Under the pieces are notes generated by a model, which saw nothing but the letters and a program-made list of their open reading frames with translations, did no database searches and was not told the DNA's origin. This document shows, piece after piece, positions 49,413 through 59,767 of a stretch of DNA of 64,000 nt. Numbering within the stretch: position 1 is the first letter of the stretch; each line of letters begins with the position of its first letter. A program made the position numbers and the translations under genes. The stretch is from contig JBMYOQ010000014.1 in NCBI GenBank assembly GCA_049599475.1, forward strand, positions 14,826 to 78,825, given 5' to 3'. This DNA comes from Opitutales bacterium (GTDB lineage Bacteria > Verrucomicrobiota > Verrucomicrobiia > Opitutales > JABSRG01).

Positions 49413-50450
49413 TTAGAAAGCGTTGCAAGTGCAGCAGTGCAATGTGCCGCCTTCTTCTACGAGCAATCGGCAATCGATCCCGATTATTTCACGCTTCGGA
49501 AAGAGTTTGCCGAGTATGTCTCGCGCTTGGGTATCCTTGTCTTCTTGGCCGAATTGGGGGACCAGCACCGCCCCGTTGATCACTACATAATTGAGGTAGC
49601 TCGCGGGAATAGGTTTCTCTTTGCTCGGAAACGGGTCGGGCAGGGGCATCTCCGTGATCTCGGGCATTTTGCCATGCATGTGGATGCCCTCCAGCTCGAT
49701 CTTGTTGCGGCGAAGGCTTTGGTAGCTTGGGTGGTCGCGGTCTTGTGTTGTTGCGATCACAATGTGTCGGCGTTCAACGAAGCGCGCGACGTTGTCGATA
49801 TGTCCATCGGTGTCGTCGTTGGCTAAGCCGTCTTCCAGCCAGATGAATTCATCGACACCGAGAGCGTGGTGAAAAATGCGCTGATACTCAGATTCGGTAA
49901 GGTCGTAATTGCGGGCTTCGTTTAATTGAACGGAGCGTGTCGTCATTAGGTAGCCGCGACCGTTGGTTTCAATGGCTCCACCTTCGAGACAGAGGGCATA
50001 TCTATAGCGGGGAATGCCAAGGGCGTCTGCAATCGCCACGGGGACTTTATTGTCCTGAGCATAGTCTGGAAACTTATCGCCCCATGCATTGAATTCCCAA
50101 TCCGTGACTGCGAGCTGACCATTGTTCTCATGTTTAATGAACAGAGGGCCGTGGTCTCGAATCCAGACATCATCCGTGGGTATATCGAAAAAGCGGATAT
50201 TGCCCATTTTGGCCTCTGCAGCTTCCAAGCGTTTCTTAACTTGGGCCTTTTCGGGGCCGGCGCAGTTAATATGGACGGGTTGAAAGCGCGCAGCTTGCTT
50301 TGCGATCTCTACGAAGGTCTCCGTTATTTCTTCGATACGGCCGTCCCACCATTTCGGGTTGAGTGGCCACGATAGCCATAGAGCGCTTTGTTTTTCCCAT
50401 TCAGCGGGAAGCACGTATCCTGAAGATCTTGGAGATTTGGGTTTTCTCAT
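49413..50450 (-). CDS. aguA: Agmatine deiminase family protein
   Basis: PAEWE, WIRDHGP, FNAWG, LEGGAIE, DTDGHID, ASYLNY, GGTLHC (catalytic Cys). Confidence 0.92.
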   Translation of the reverse strand: MRKPKSPRSSGYVLPAEWEKQSALWLSWPLNPKWWDGRIEEITETFVEIAKQAARFQPVHINCAGPEKAQVKKRLEAAEAKMGNIRFFDIPTDDVWIRDHGPLFIKHENNGQLAVTDWEFNAWGDKFPDYAQDNKVPVAIADALGIPRYRYALCLEGGAIETNGRGYLMTTRSVQLNEARNYDLTESEYQRIFHHALGVDEFIWLEDGLANDDTDGHIDNVARFVERRHIVIATTQDRDHPSYQSLRRNKIELEGIHMHGKMPEITEMPLPDPFPSKEKPIPASYLNYVVINGAVLVPQFGQEDKDTQARDILGKLFPKREIIGIDCRLLVEEGGTLHCCTCNAF

Positions 50451-50478
50451 ATTTGCAAAGAAGGCCTACGTTTAGGGC

Positions 50479-51351
50479 CTAGTCGTTAGAAAGTTGGGTG
50501 ATTGGAGTATAGGCGTCTACGCGGCGATCACGGAAAAATGGCCAAGTCCGTCGATGGGATTCAAGGGCTTTGCGGTCGCAGGTCTGGATCAGGATATCGT
50601 CCTTGTCTACCGGTGCTCGTTGAAGGATCTCTCCAGAAAAATCACTGATAAAGGACTGTCCCCAAAAAGCGATAGGGGCCTCGACGCCGTGCCGATTGAC
50701 TGCAGCTACATAGGAGCCATTGGCTACTCCGTGCCCGCGCTGGACGGCCTCCCAGGCCATATGCTGTCTGCGAATGTTTTCCGGAGATTCGCTCGCCAGT
50801 CCCCCAATGGCGGTAGGATAAACGAGGACCTCCGCACCTTGCATGGCCGTCAGGCGTGCTGCTTCCGGGAACCACTGATCCCAGCAAATAAGCACACCGA
50901 TTTTTGCGAATCGAGTTTCCCAACAACGGAAGCCTTGGTCGCCGGGAGTAAAATAGAATTTTTCCTCAAAAGCCGGATCTTGAGGTATATGCATTTTGCG
51001 ATAGGTGCCGAGGAGGCTGCCGTCTGCGTCGATAATCACGGCGGTATTGTGATAGATTCCGGCCATACGCTTTTCGAACAGGGAGCCCACGATGACAACC
51101 CCTAGCTCTTGCGCCAAAGCACATAGCGCGTCTGAGGTGGGGCCTGGGATTGGTTCTGCGAATTCGAATGCCTCTTCATCCTGTCGGACACAAAAGTAAT
51201 CCGACACAAACAGCTCTTGGGTTATGATGACATTCGCCCCGCGCTCAGCGGCATCGCGAATCTGTCTCACTGCTACTTCGAGATTTTTCTCTCGAGTGCC
51301 GCGTGAGCTGGACTGCAATAGGCCAAGCGTGAATGTAGAGCTTTGAGTCAT
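50479..51351 (-). CDS. aguB: N-carbamoylputrescine amidohydrolase (carbon-nitrogen hydrolase)
   Basis: Triad QELF / YRKMHIP / ICWDQWFPE, EKFYFTPGD, WPFFRDRR; adjacent to aguA. Confidence 0.9.
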   Translation of the reverse strand: MTQSSTFTLGLLQSSSRGTREKNLEVAVRQIRDAAERGANVIITQELFVSDYFCVRQDEEAFEFAEPIPGPTSDALCALAQELGVVIVGSLFEKRMAGIYHNTAVIIDADGSLLGTYRKMHIPQDPAFEEKFYFTPGDQGFRCWETRFAKIGVLICWDQWFPEAARLTAMQGAEVLVYPTAIGGLASESPENIRRQHMAWEAVQRGHGVANGSYVAAVNRHGVEAPIAFWGQSFISDFSGEILQRAPVDKDDILIQTCDRKALESHRRTWPFFRDRRVDAYTPITQLSND

Positions 51352-51441
51352 TGGATTAGGTCGCCGAAAAACGAAGCAAGGGAGTAAAAGCAAGGGTCTT
51401 GGGTTGCGCAATAGGCGAATGTAGGTAAATGCCATTCTAGC

Positions 51442-51843
51442 ATGCGTGAATACCCGACGCACCTCTTTGTCTATGGCACCTTGATGGTCCCTGAGGTCCT
51501 CAGGCGACTCCTTGGGTCGACTCTGCGTATGGAGGGTGCTCAGCTGGAAGGCTATTCGCGCTTCCGGGTGAAAGGTGCAGTGTATCCAGGGATCGTGTCT
51601 GCTGGTGCCAAAGATATAGTCTCCGGTGCCGTTCTCAGCGGTATGACCACGGCGCAGTGGAAAACCCTCGATGCCTATGAGGGCGATGAATACGAGCGCC
51701 TGATGGTCGAGGCGCGATTGCTTTCAGGGCAGACGATGGAAGCTGCGACATACGTCTACCGCGACCCTCTTAACCTGACTGACGAGCCGTGGGACGACAG
51801 TCAGGTCCTCGAAACTTTAGGCGAGCTCGGGCTCGGTGAATAA
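51442..51843 (+). CDS. Gamma-glutamylcyclotransferase (AIG2-like) family protein
   Basis: LFVYGTLM, YPGI, LDAYEGDEYER. Confidence 0.9.
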   Translation: MREYPTHLFVYGTLMVPEVLRRLLGSTLRMEGAQLEGYSRFRVKGAVYPGIVSAGAKDIVSGAVLSGMTTAQWKTLDAYEGDEYERLMVEARLLSGQTMEAATYVYRDPLNLTDEPWDDSQVLETLGELGLGE

Positions 51844-51857
51844 TGAGTGTAAGCTGC

Positions 51858-52985
51858 TTACTCCTGGCCGCTTCCACCTAACTTGATCACCATATCCTCG
51901 ACGTTAAGAATATCGGTCTCCAGGGAGGATACTGTCACGGATTTTAGCTGAAGCCCCTCTATGGCCTGCATGGCTACGATATTTGCTCCACCAGAGCCCG
52001 AGAGAGCTTGAGCCTTCAAGTATTCCCCTTCGGCCGACGCTGTGCGCTCAAGTAGCCCGCCTCGAGCTATGAGTTCGTTGGCATACAAATCGGCATCTGA
52101 TTTTGTCCGTCCGGCTTCCAGTTCTGCCTTTGCTGCGATCTCCGCGATTTGACGATCGGTTTCCGCTTTCATCCTGAGCTGTTCCGCGTTTTGCTCTTGT
52201 TGGATCACGCGAACCATCGCCTCAGTCTCAGCGAGGATAATGTTGGTTTCACCTTTCTTCTCCTCGGAAGTCGCAAGGGATTTATTCAGTTCGACGTCCT
52301 GGTCGGCTAGTTTTTTATCTAGGATTTTTCGCTCGTAAGATGCATCGAAACTGATGTCGCGAATCAGGATGTTTACCAATTCCACATACAATCCATTCAG
52401 CTCTTCTCGTAGCTCCCCGATGGCCACTTCTGTTTTTTCACGGCGAACCATCGGGTTGTAGAATTCTTCGGTGCGCATCGATCCGAATACCTTACGTAGA
52501 ATGTTCTGGACTTGGTCGCGAACGATTCCTTTGTATCGCGCTTCTGTATTGAATTTTTGGTACAGTTCGTGTGCGTTCTCGGGCATTATACGGTATTTGA
52601 CCGTTACATCGAGTTTTACAGTGTATCCATCTTTTGACTTCAATTCGATTCTCTCGGGGCCAGTAACTGGATAATTACTTCGACTGCTGGCAAATGATAG
52701 AAATTTATAGCGTTGCTGAGCACTTTCCCGTTCCTCGGAAGTTGTAAACTCCGTAGTCTGGACAGTCGCATCAAACGTATTCCATGAATCGATGAGGGGA
52801 AGATTGCGGTGCCAACCAGGACCAAAAGCTTTGTCGACGACCCCTTTTTCTCCAAAAAATGCATACTGTTGCGTGCGGACACCGACTTCGCCGACTTCGA
52901 TACGCTTCATAAACATCGTGACGCATAGGAACACGCTGACGATCAGAGTGATAACAAATATAAAGAAGATATTGAAAATTTTCAT
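51858..52985 (-). CDS. SPFH/band-7 domain protein (paralogue 2)
   Basis: N-terminal [26 protein letters not shown], long AE-rich coiled coil. Confidence 0.88.
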   Translation of the reverse strand: MKIFNIFFIFVITLIVSVFLCVTMFMKRIEVGEVGVRTQQYAFFGEKGVVDKAFGPGWHRNLPLIDSWNTFDATVQTTEFTTSEERESAQQRYKFLSFASSRSNYPVTGPERIELKSKDGYTVKLDVTVKYRIMPENAHELYQKFNTEARYKGIVRDQVQNILRKVFGSMRTEEFYNPMVRREKTEVAIGELREELNGLYVELVNILIRDISFDASYERKILDKKLADQDVELNKSLATSEEKKGETNIILAETEAMVRVIQQEQNAEQLRMKAETDRQIAEIAAKAELEAGRTKSDADLYANELIARGGLLERTASAEGEYLKAQALSGSGGANIVAMQAIEGLQLKSVTVSSLETDILNVEDMVIKLGGSGQE

Positions 52986-53006
52986 ACTGCTTAGATGGCT
53001 CAGTGG

Positions 53007-54113
53007 TTATTTGTTGGCGGCTTTGCGAGCAGCGGCAGCACTTTCGTCTGATACGGCTATGCGTTCAGTTTTATTCTCAATGGAGAAGGGTTGAGCTTCG
53101 ATGCTGAGATTATTCAGGCGTTGCGCATAAGCGAGCTTCACCAAATTCAGACCGCCTTCTCCATCGAGCGCCTTTGCGCGCTCCTCGGTTGCTTTGGCTT
53201 CTGCAGTGGCTTGCGCTAGAATGGCCTTGGCGTTCTGTTCCTTTTCGTAGAATTCGCGGTCGCCTTCGGTGCGGCGTTCGATTGCGTAAGCTTCGGCCTC
53301 TTTTACAACCCGTTCAGCCTGTGCTTCTGCGTCGACAATTCTTTGCCGCATCTCACCGCGATATTCGGCAAGTAAGACTTCCTTCTTTTTATCCGCTTCT
53401 ACAGTGCGGAATATTTGATTCTGGCGAGCAGCGTTAGCCTTGGATACCTGCTCCTCCACGGATTGGTCTGCGAGTTTCTTTGCTCGAATTTTTTCCTCGT
53501 ATTCTTGGTGAAAACGGAATTTTTCGGCGATGACTCCAGTTACGTCGATGCCGAAGGGATTTAGCAAATTGTTGAGCTCGATTTCGGCTTGCTGTGCTTT
53601 GCTGCCACGTTCGCTAGCATCGTAAAATTGCTCCGTGGTCATTTCACCAAAGACAGTGCGGCAAATTGAACGCGAATAGTCGCGTATCCATTTCACCTTA
53701 TAGGCATCGTAGAGCCCGGAAGTTGTGACAATTTCTTCAATACGATCTGGGCGGACTCGATAGTTTATAGTTAGGTCGAGATAGACATCGCTGCCATCCA
53801 CAGTTTTGATCCTTAAATCGTCCTTAGAGTTTCTGTCTCCACGGTCGCGCGTCGCGGTCATTTCAAGACGTTGGACAGTATTATCTAAAAGGTAGAAGGA
53901 GTGTAAGAATCCGTTGTATATATTGGCTCCAGATTCACGGATTATTTCGATTTCACCGGTCATGTTGTTGACCTTAACGCCAACCTCAGTTCCGGAGACG
54001 TGTTCGACGCGGACGGTGAAGAGCGCGCCTGCGACTATCAGCAATAGGGCGATAGCAAAGAGCACTATTGTAATGCGCGGACTGTTGAGTGGATTGCTTT
54101 TGATAGGGTTCAT
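53007..54113 (-). CDS. SPFH/band-7 domain protein (paralogue 1)
   Basis: N-terminal [33 protein letters not shown] coiled coil. Confidence 0.88.
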   Translation of the reverse strand: MNPIKSNPLNSPRITIVLFAIALLLIVAGALFTVRVEHVSGTEVGVKVNNMTGEIEIIRESGANIYNGFLHSFYLLDNTVQRLEMTATRDRGDRNSKDDLRIKTVDGSDVYLDLTINYRVRPDRIEEIVTTSGLYDAYKVKWIRDYSRSICRTVFGEMTTEQFYDASERGSKAQQAEIELNNLLNPFGIDVTGVIAEKFRFHQEYEEKIRAKKLADQSVEEQVSKANAARQNQIFRTVEADKKKEVLLAEYRGEMRQRIVDAEAQAERVVKEAEAYAIERRTEGDREFYEKEQNAKAILAQATAEAKATEERAKALDGEGGLNLVKLAYAQRLNNLSIEAQPFSIENKTERIAVSDESAAAARKAANK

Positions 54114-54122
54114 GAGAGTGTT

Positions 54123-54938
54123 TTAAAAATCGATTTTTTGAGGGTCAGGGTGTTTTGCCTTCAATGCACGGAACATCGCGAAGGCGCTTCCAAAAATCGC
54201 AAATGGCATCGCTATTATGAATGGAACACGGAGGAACACTGCGACGAACGCGAGGGCAAAGAAGACTATACTGCGAGTGACGCCTCTAAGAACCCTCGCC
54301 TCGAGTTCATCTTTGCGTGAGTTGGGCAGGCTGCGGATGAAGGCCTCGTTGCGCTTAAACACGTCAGACTCGTAGGTGAAATTCGGTGCGCTGTAGTGGT
54401 AGCTGCCATCGCCCTTTTCGTCGCTGAGTGAATATATGTGCATGCTTGCCAATTGTTTGAGGAACTTCTCCGTCTGTTTGAGAGTAAGGCGGGTATGTCC
54501 TGCGATATAAGCGACAGCGAGCGCACGTTCTGTGTGAGACGTTACGAATAAGAGCTCGTGCTGCCATAGCGCTTCTGACGGCCATCCGTTTTGCTCGGCA
54601 AGCTGCTCTAGCTCGGGCCTTAATTCCTCGATTACCGCTGGATGCACGATGCCCTGGGTTCCTTTTTCGAGAGCTCGTTCTGAGTACACGCATGTATCGA
54701 AATCGAGGGCTTCCGGAGCTTTATCGAAAAATTCGGGCATCCAATAGCGCAGGAGTTCGGAATCCTCGTCGCGCTGCACATGAGGGCTCTCGGCCATGAC
54801 ATCGAGGCACTCGATAATCATTGACAGGGAGAGAGGGAGTTGCGCCGCGATTTCCGCGGGATAGAGGGCGCCTTGGTTGGCAGCAGCTATGCGTTCTGCG
54901 ACATTTTCAACCAGCGCCTGGATTTTAGAAGAGGCCAT
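54123..54938 (-). CDS. Hypothetical protein with two helix-turn-helix-like segments and two C-terminal TM helices
   Basis: LYPAEIAAQLPLSLSMIIECLDVM and LAVAYIAGHTRLTLKQTEKFLKQL; C-terminal hydrophobic hairpin; 9 bp upstream of SPFH gene. Confidence 0.7.
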   Translation of the reverse strand: MASSKIQALVENVAERIAAANQGALYPAEIAAQLPLSLSMIIECLDVMAESPHVQRDEDSELLRYWMPEFFDKAPEALDFDTCVYSERALEKGTQGIVHPAVIEELRPELEQLAEQNGWPSEALWQHELLFVTSHTERALAVAYIAGHTRLTLKQTEKFLKQLASMHIYSLSDEKGDGSYHYSAPNFTYESDVFKRNEAFIRSLPNSRKDELEARVLRGVTRSIVFFALAFVAVFLRVPFIIAMPFAIFGSAFAMFRALKAKHPDPQKIDF

Positions 54939-55296
54939 CGTATCAGGTTATGTGACACTGAAGCGTCACCAGTGGCTCGCAATGTTTAATTGTTGAGACC
55001 AATCACCTTTGAAACGCTGGCTGCCTATAACCGAATTCCTATACTTTAATCGCGCTCAGTCATGAACAAAGTAAATTTGTATGGTGTTCTCAGGGCCTTA
55101 ATTGTGTCATTGAATTTGAACCTATTGATCGCCCTCAGGAATTGGTTTTCCGATCGGCCAAGAGTTGTTTAACTTACCTTTTCCACCGAGGACCGTTACG
55201 TAAAAGACATCCTCGGCCGTTATTAGAATGAATCCGCTACTGAAGCCTTAGTATTCGGATAGCCGTAAAAATATCCTACCATGGGTCCTTTCGAGT

Positions 55297-58200
55297 ATGC
55301 GATTAGAGTTTAAGTGGAGTCAGTTTTGGCTGGTGTGCTTGCTACCTCTCTTTTCCGGAGCGGCTGAGCCTTATGAGCCAATTTTTGCGGATCCATTGCT
55401 AGAGCCGTGGCGGTGGCGCGAGATGACTGAGCTCGCAGAGCTAGATATCCTGTCCATCGACGAGGCTTCTGATGGTACTATGTGGTTTGGCTGCATCGGT
55501 GGATTGGCGAGGTATGATGGACATCGGATCGAGCGCATTCCTTTCGATGCCCGGCTATTGGAGACTATCCAGGTGAATGCAAATCGAATGCCTTGGGCGA
55601 AGCGCGTACTTTGCATGCGAGATGGTGGACTCCTAATCCTTATGGAAAATAGCCTCATTTTGTTTAAAGGCGGAGAGTGGGAGGTGATACATTTAGATGT
55701 GGGCCGTTCTGCGTTCGACAGTCAATTGGAGCAGTCAGAAGATGGTGCGGTCTGGCTTCTAATGCCTGATGTATTTTGGTGGTTAAGCGAAGATTTAACC
55801 CGTCAGGATGTGATATTGCGTGCAGGGAAGTCTCGGACTCTCAATTCATTTTGCCATGATCTTAATGGGGATGTTTGGGTCGTTCGCTCGGGGTTTTTGG
55901 AGCAATCAGATCTGCTTCATATACCTCTTCAGAAGGGTCAGGTGAGTCAGGAAGACAATTGGAAAACCTATCCATTGGATATTCAGAGCAAGCGAGGACG
56001 AAACCTCCGTATCTGCGCGGACTTATCTGGGAGAATTTGGTGTGTCGATAATCGTATGCGTGATGTACTAGTGTTGGATCCATCCGAGGGCTCTTGGGAA
56101 ACAATTCCTCAGGCAGAGGGTGGGTATAATTTTATCACGCGGGCTCGGGATGGGGGAATCTGGGCGGCCGGTATGGGAACGCTTAAGGCTCTGGATCGCT
56201 CTGATGATCCGGTGCATTCGAGTATTCAGCTCGGTCTGCCCAACGTGTTTCTATCGCTTTTCGAAACGATGAACGGGATGTGGTGGATACTCGAACGCGG
56301 AGGCAAAGTGCATACCTTGGATGTCGGGGCAGATCAGTGGCTCACCTATGAAGGGCTTCATTTTGAGTGCGAAACGAACGATGGGCGGCAGTGGTTTCTC
56401 ACAAAAAAGCGGCGTGTTGTCTCGTATGATCCTAGCTCCGACCTTTGGCTGATACATTCTCGTGGGGGCGGGCTTATCAACTTGCCGCGTTCATTGCACG
56501 TATCCAGCCACGGCTTGCTCTGGGCGGTGGGTAGCCACAATGGTAATGCTGCTTTTTGTGTATACGATGGGGCTCGTTGGACCCTGCATGAATTACCTGG
56601 GTTTGCATCATGGATTTGGACCGGAGGCTGGTTTGAGGACGAAGAGGGTACCGTTTGGGTCGGCGCTATGGGGGATGAGTTGGGTACTCTTGGCGCTGGT
56701 GGAGCTATTCGCTATGAGGTGCTGGATGACTACTCTATCCGGCAATTAGAGAGATTTTCCCCTCCTCAATTCCCCTACGCAATACATCGGTTTTCCCAGT
56801 CTCGTGATGGTCTCTTGTGGGTCGGATCACCGACAATCCATGTTTTCGATAATGAGACCCAGGAGATGCAGTTGGTTTACGAGCTTCCTGGATTGTTCAC
56901 GCATGATTTGGTCGTGGATGGGTCTCAAGATCTTTGGGCTGCCAATGGATTGTCAGGAGTCTATCGAAAGGAGGAAGAGGGGTGGCGTCATTTTTCGGAA
57001 GAAGAGGGATTGGCTGGCCGGCTGGTCGTCGATTTACTGCCAATGCGGGATGGGACTCTGCTAGCCGCCTCCGATGGAGGTATCAGTCGCTTCGATGGTA
57101 AGAGTTGGGCCAGTGCGGTGTTTTCGGACGACTTCGGCATGTCGAATCGCGGAGGCAGTATGCGGGAATCGCGCGATGGTGCTATGTGGTTCAATTTCAA
57201 TGACAGGGACGCTCGGTCGTTGCGGATGAGTGTCAATTTGTCAGGGAAGGATCGATTTCGGACAGTGCGCTATTTGCCGGATCATATCGCACCAGATACA
57301 CTCATTGTCGATCATCTTGATAGAGTGGACTCAGCGGGAAATATCTATGTTTCTTGGTTAGGCCGAGATGTTTGGCTGAATACACCATCGGAGCAATTGC
57401 AGTATTCATGGCGATTGAATATGGGAGAGTGGTCGCCATTTTCAAGTAACACTGACCATGCATTTGTGGGTTTGGATAGTGGTGTCTATACCTTGGAAGT
57501 TCGTGCTAGGGATCGAGATTTCAATATAGACCCAACGCCAATGATGAGCGAATTCATAGTTGTTCCGGCAGTTTGGCAGCGACCATGGTTTATCGCAATG
57601 GTGTTGTTGATCGGGGGCGGGGCAGTCGGGCTTATTTGGATGTGGGTGTATTTTAATAACAAGCGCTTGAGGGATCGCGCTTTGCATCTGGAGGAAATTG
57701 ATCAGATGAAAACGAGTTTCTTTACGAATATTTCCCACGAGTTGAATACGCCTTTGGGTTTGATCAAGGAACCGCTTGGACGTCTGCTGAAAAAAGAGAA
57801 CGACTCGAAAAAGGAAGTGCTGATCGACATGGCAATACGCAATACAAGTCGTATCGAAAATTTGGTGTCGCAGATTTTAGATTTCCGCAAACTTGAATCG
57901 GGAAGCATTCAGATGGAGGCCGCTCAAGGAGATATTGCCGAACACGTGAGAGAGACTGTTGAGCTTCTACAACCGATTGCTCTGAGGGCCGGCATTTCTT
58001 GTCAGTTTGAGGCTGAGGACGGTTGTGCTGGTTGGTTTGATCGAGACAAGCTCACGAAGATCGTTTCCAATCTAGTTGGCAATGCTCTCAAGTATACCTT
58101 GGAAGGCGGAAGGGTTGTGATACGCTTAAAAATCGTCGAGGAAATGTCTCAAGGCCGTATGATGACCTTGTTTGTCGAAGACACAGGCCCGGGGATCGAT

Positions 58201-58434
58201 CGTGAGCAATTGTCGCTCATTTTTGATCGCTTTTATCGTATTCCTGAGAAATCCGTTGTGGACGGATCTGGTATTGGCCTAAACCTGACTAAGGAACTTG
58301 TCGATCTATGGGGCGGAAAGATCCAAGCCGAGAGCCCTATTCACAACGATTCAGATGCCCCAGGGGCGCGCTTTACAGTGCTGCTTCCTATCGAACCATC
58401 CTATATTTCAAATTTTAGAGAAACCCATGATTAA
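55297..58434 (+). CDS. Sensor histidine kinase with periplasmic beta-propellers and Y_Y_Y domain
   Basis: Repeated (D/S).DG.(L/M)W propeller blades, QYSWRL..W..YTLEVRARD, TM, H-box FFTNISHELNTPL, NLVGNALKYT, DTGPGI, GSGIGL. Confidence 0.93.
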   Translation: MRLEFKWSQFWLVCLLPLFSGAAEPYEPIFADPLLEPWRWREMTELAELDILSIDEASDGTMWFGCIGGLARYDGHRIERIPFDARLLETIQVNANRMPWAKRVLCMRDGGLLILMENSLILFKGGEWEVIHLDVGRSAFDSQLEQSEDGAVWLLMPDVFWWLSEDLTRQDVILRAGKSRTLNSFCHDLNGDVWVVRSGFLEQSDLLHIPLQKGQVSQEDNWKTYPLDIQSKRGRNLRICADLSGRIWCVDNRMRDVLVLDPSEGSWETIPQAEGGYNFITRARDGGIWAAGMGTLKALDRSDDPVHSSIQLGLPNVFLSLFETMNGMWWILERGGKVHTLDVGADQWLTYEGLHFECETNDGRQWFLTKKRRVVSYDPSSDLWLIHSRGGGLINLPRSLHVSSHGLLWAVGSHNGNAAFCVYDGARWTLHELPGFASWIWTGGWFEDEEGTVWVGAMGDELGTLGAGGAIRYEVLDDYSIRQLERFSPPQFPYAIHRFSQSRDGLLWVGSPTIHVFDNETQEMQLVYELPGLFTHDLVVDGSQDLWAANGLSGVYRKEEEGWRHFSEEEGLAGRLVVDLLPMRDGTLLAASDGGISRFDGKSWASAVFSDDFGMSNRGGSMRESRDGAMWFNFNDRDARSLRMSVNLSGKDRFRTVRYLPDHIAPDTLIVDHLDRVDSAGNIYVSWLGRDVWLNTPSEQLQYSWRLNMGEWSPFSSNTDHAFVGLDSGVYTLEVRARDRDFNIDPTPMMSEFIVVPAVWQRPWFIAMVLLIGGGAVGLIWMWVYFNNKRLRDRALHLEEIDQMKTSFFTNISHELNTPLGLIKEPLGRLLKKENDSKKEVLIDMAIRNTSRIENLVSQILDFRKLESGSIQMEAAQGDIAEHVRETVELLQPIALRAGISCQFEAEDGCAGWFDRDKLTKIVSNLVGNALKYTLEGGRVVIRLKIVEEMSQGRMMTLFVEDTGPGIDREQLSLIFDRFYRIPEKSVVDGSGIGLNLTKELVDLWGGKIQAESPIHNDSDAPGARFTVLLPIEPSYISNFRETHD

Positions 58435-59263
58435 GCGAGATGATGAATCGAAAAGTCTTATCGACGAGCAGGAAAATACTCCGGTGATTCTGGTTGTTGA
58501 GGATGAAGCCGATTATCGTTTATTAATTGGCTCTGATCTTCAGGATGAATTTGAGGTCGTGGAGGTCATGAATGGTAAGATCGGTCTCGAGAAAGCGTTG
58601 GAGATTATACCGGACTTGGTTGTGACTGATTTAATGATGCCGATCATGGATGGTATCGAGCTCTGTCGTCACCTGAAGGCGAGGGAGGAGACTGCGCATA
58701 TTCCCGTAGTCATGCTGACGGCTAAGGATACGGTTGAAAGCCAGGTAGACGGTTTTGAGACAGGTGTAGATGACTATGTGACCAAGCCGTTTAATATGGA
58801 TATACTCCGTGCTCGGATCAGCAATCTACTGCGAACACGCAGCCTTCTGAGAGCAAGTTATCAGCGCCAACTGACAGAGCATGTCGACGGGGATCCTGCA
58901 TTGGCGATGCTCGATGTATCTACTTTGGACAGCCGCATGGATAGAGAATTCTGGGAGCGCGTTGGCCTTATTCTACGAGATAATCATGCGAATCCTGAGT
59001 TTCAGGTCGATTTGATGGCTTCTAAGTTGAATATGAGCCAGCGATCTATGCAGCGCAAAATAAGGGCCTTGGTTGATCTGACGCCGGTTCAGTTGATAGC
59101 AGAATATCGCTTGATTAAGGTGGAGTCTTTATTGAAGGATTTGCAGCTAAATGTAACTGATATCGCGTTTGAGGTGGGTTTTGGTGATCTTAGTCATTTT
59201 TATCGAGTTTTTAAAAAGAAGCATGGAATGTCGCCCTCTCAATATCGCGATGTAAATGCATAG
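58427..59263 (+). CDS. Response regulator: receiver + AraC-type HTH
   Basis: ILVVEDE, DLMMPIMDG, LTAK, KPF; C-terminal IAFEVGFGDLSHFYRVFKKKHGMSPSQYR. Confidence 0.93.
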   Translation: MIKRDDESKSLIDEQENTPVILVVEDEADYRLLIGSDLQDEFEVVEVMNGKIGLEKALEIIPDLVVTDLMMPIMDGIELCRHLKAREETAHIPVVMLTAKDTVESQVDGFETGVDDYVTKPFNMDILRARISNLLRTRSLLRASYQRQLTEHVDGDPALAMLDVSTLDSRMDREFWERVGLILRDNHANPEFQVDLMASKLNMSQRSMQRKIRALVDLTPVQLIAEYRLIKVESLLKDLQLNVTDIAFEVGFGDLSHFYRVFKKKHGMSPSQYRDVNA

Positions 59264-59466
59264 GCGTATCGACTGTTTGGATGCAGGTGAATGAGGAACG
59301 ATATTGTGCGAATTACTGAGATTTTTGAGTCTCTTGAAATTGTAGGCCTCAGCTCGTCTGAGTGCAGCTATAATTAAGATAAGCGTTAACGCAGCGGTGC
59401 TCAGGCGAGCTGAGGTCCTACAACAATAGAGTTCGTGGTATCTCCTATCTAGTTGGATTTTATTTT

Positions 59467-59503
59467 TGTCGGAAATTGCAGTGTAATTGGCGGAAAATAC
59501 AAG
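59467..59503 (+). promoter_or_regulatory. Direct-repeat pair, 21-bp spacing (candidate AraC-family site 1)
   Basis: TGTCGGAAATTGCAG at 59467 and TGGCGGAAAATACAAG at 59488. Confidence 0.6.
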
Positions 59504-59628
59504 GCAGCGCTGAGAATGATCTGAGCAATTACTTGAGTGGTAGTTCGGAAGTGCCTCGAATCGAGTATTCATTTAGCATATATTCTCTCCCCGCCTTTTG
59601 AGATCAATCGATCTTTGGATGGTTTGAA

Positions 59629-59666
59629 TGGCGAAATACGCAGTCCTTTTGTCGGAAATAGCGAAG
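59629..59666 (+). promoter_or_regulatory. Direct-repeat pair, 21-bp spacing (candidate AraC-family site 2)
   Basis: TGGCGAAATACGCAG at 59629 and TGTCGGAAATAGCGAAG at 59650. Confidence 0.6.
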
Positions 59667-59767
59667 TAAAAAACACTCCCGTATGAGAGTATAGTAGAGG
59701 CGAAGATGATGGTTCCGTGTGTCTCTGTTCCTCCTTTTTGCGCCAATAAATCTCTTAAGCACAGGAT

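Noticed and set aside
54952..54969. GTGAC-N8-GTCAC inverted repeat upstream of the SPFH operon as a CRP-like site
   Set aside because: Spacing does not match TGTGA-N6-TCACA and the arms are only 5 bp
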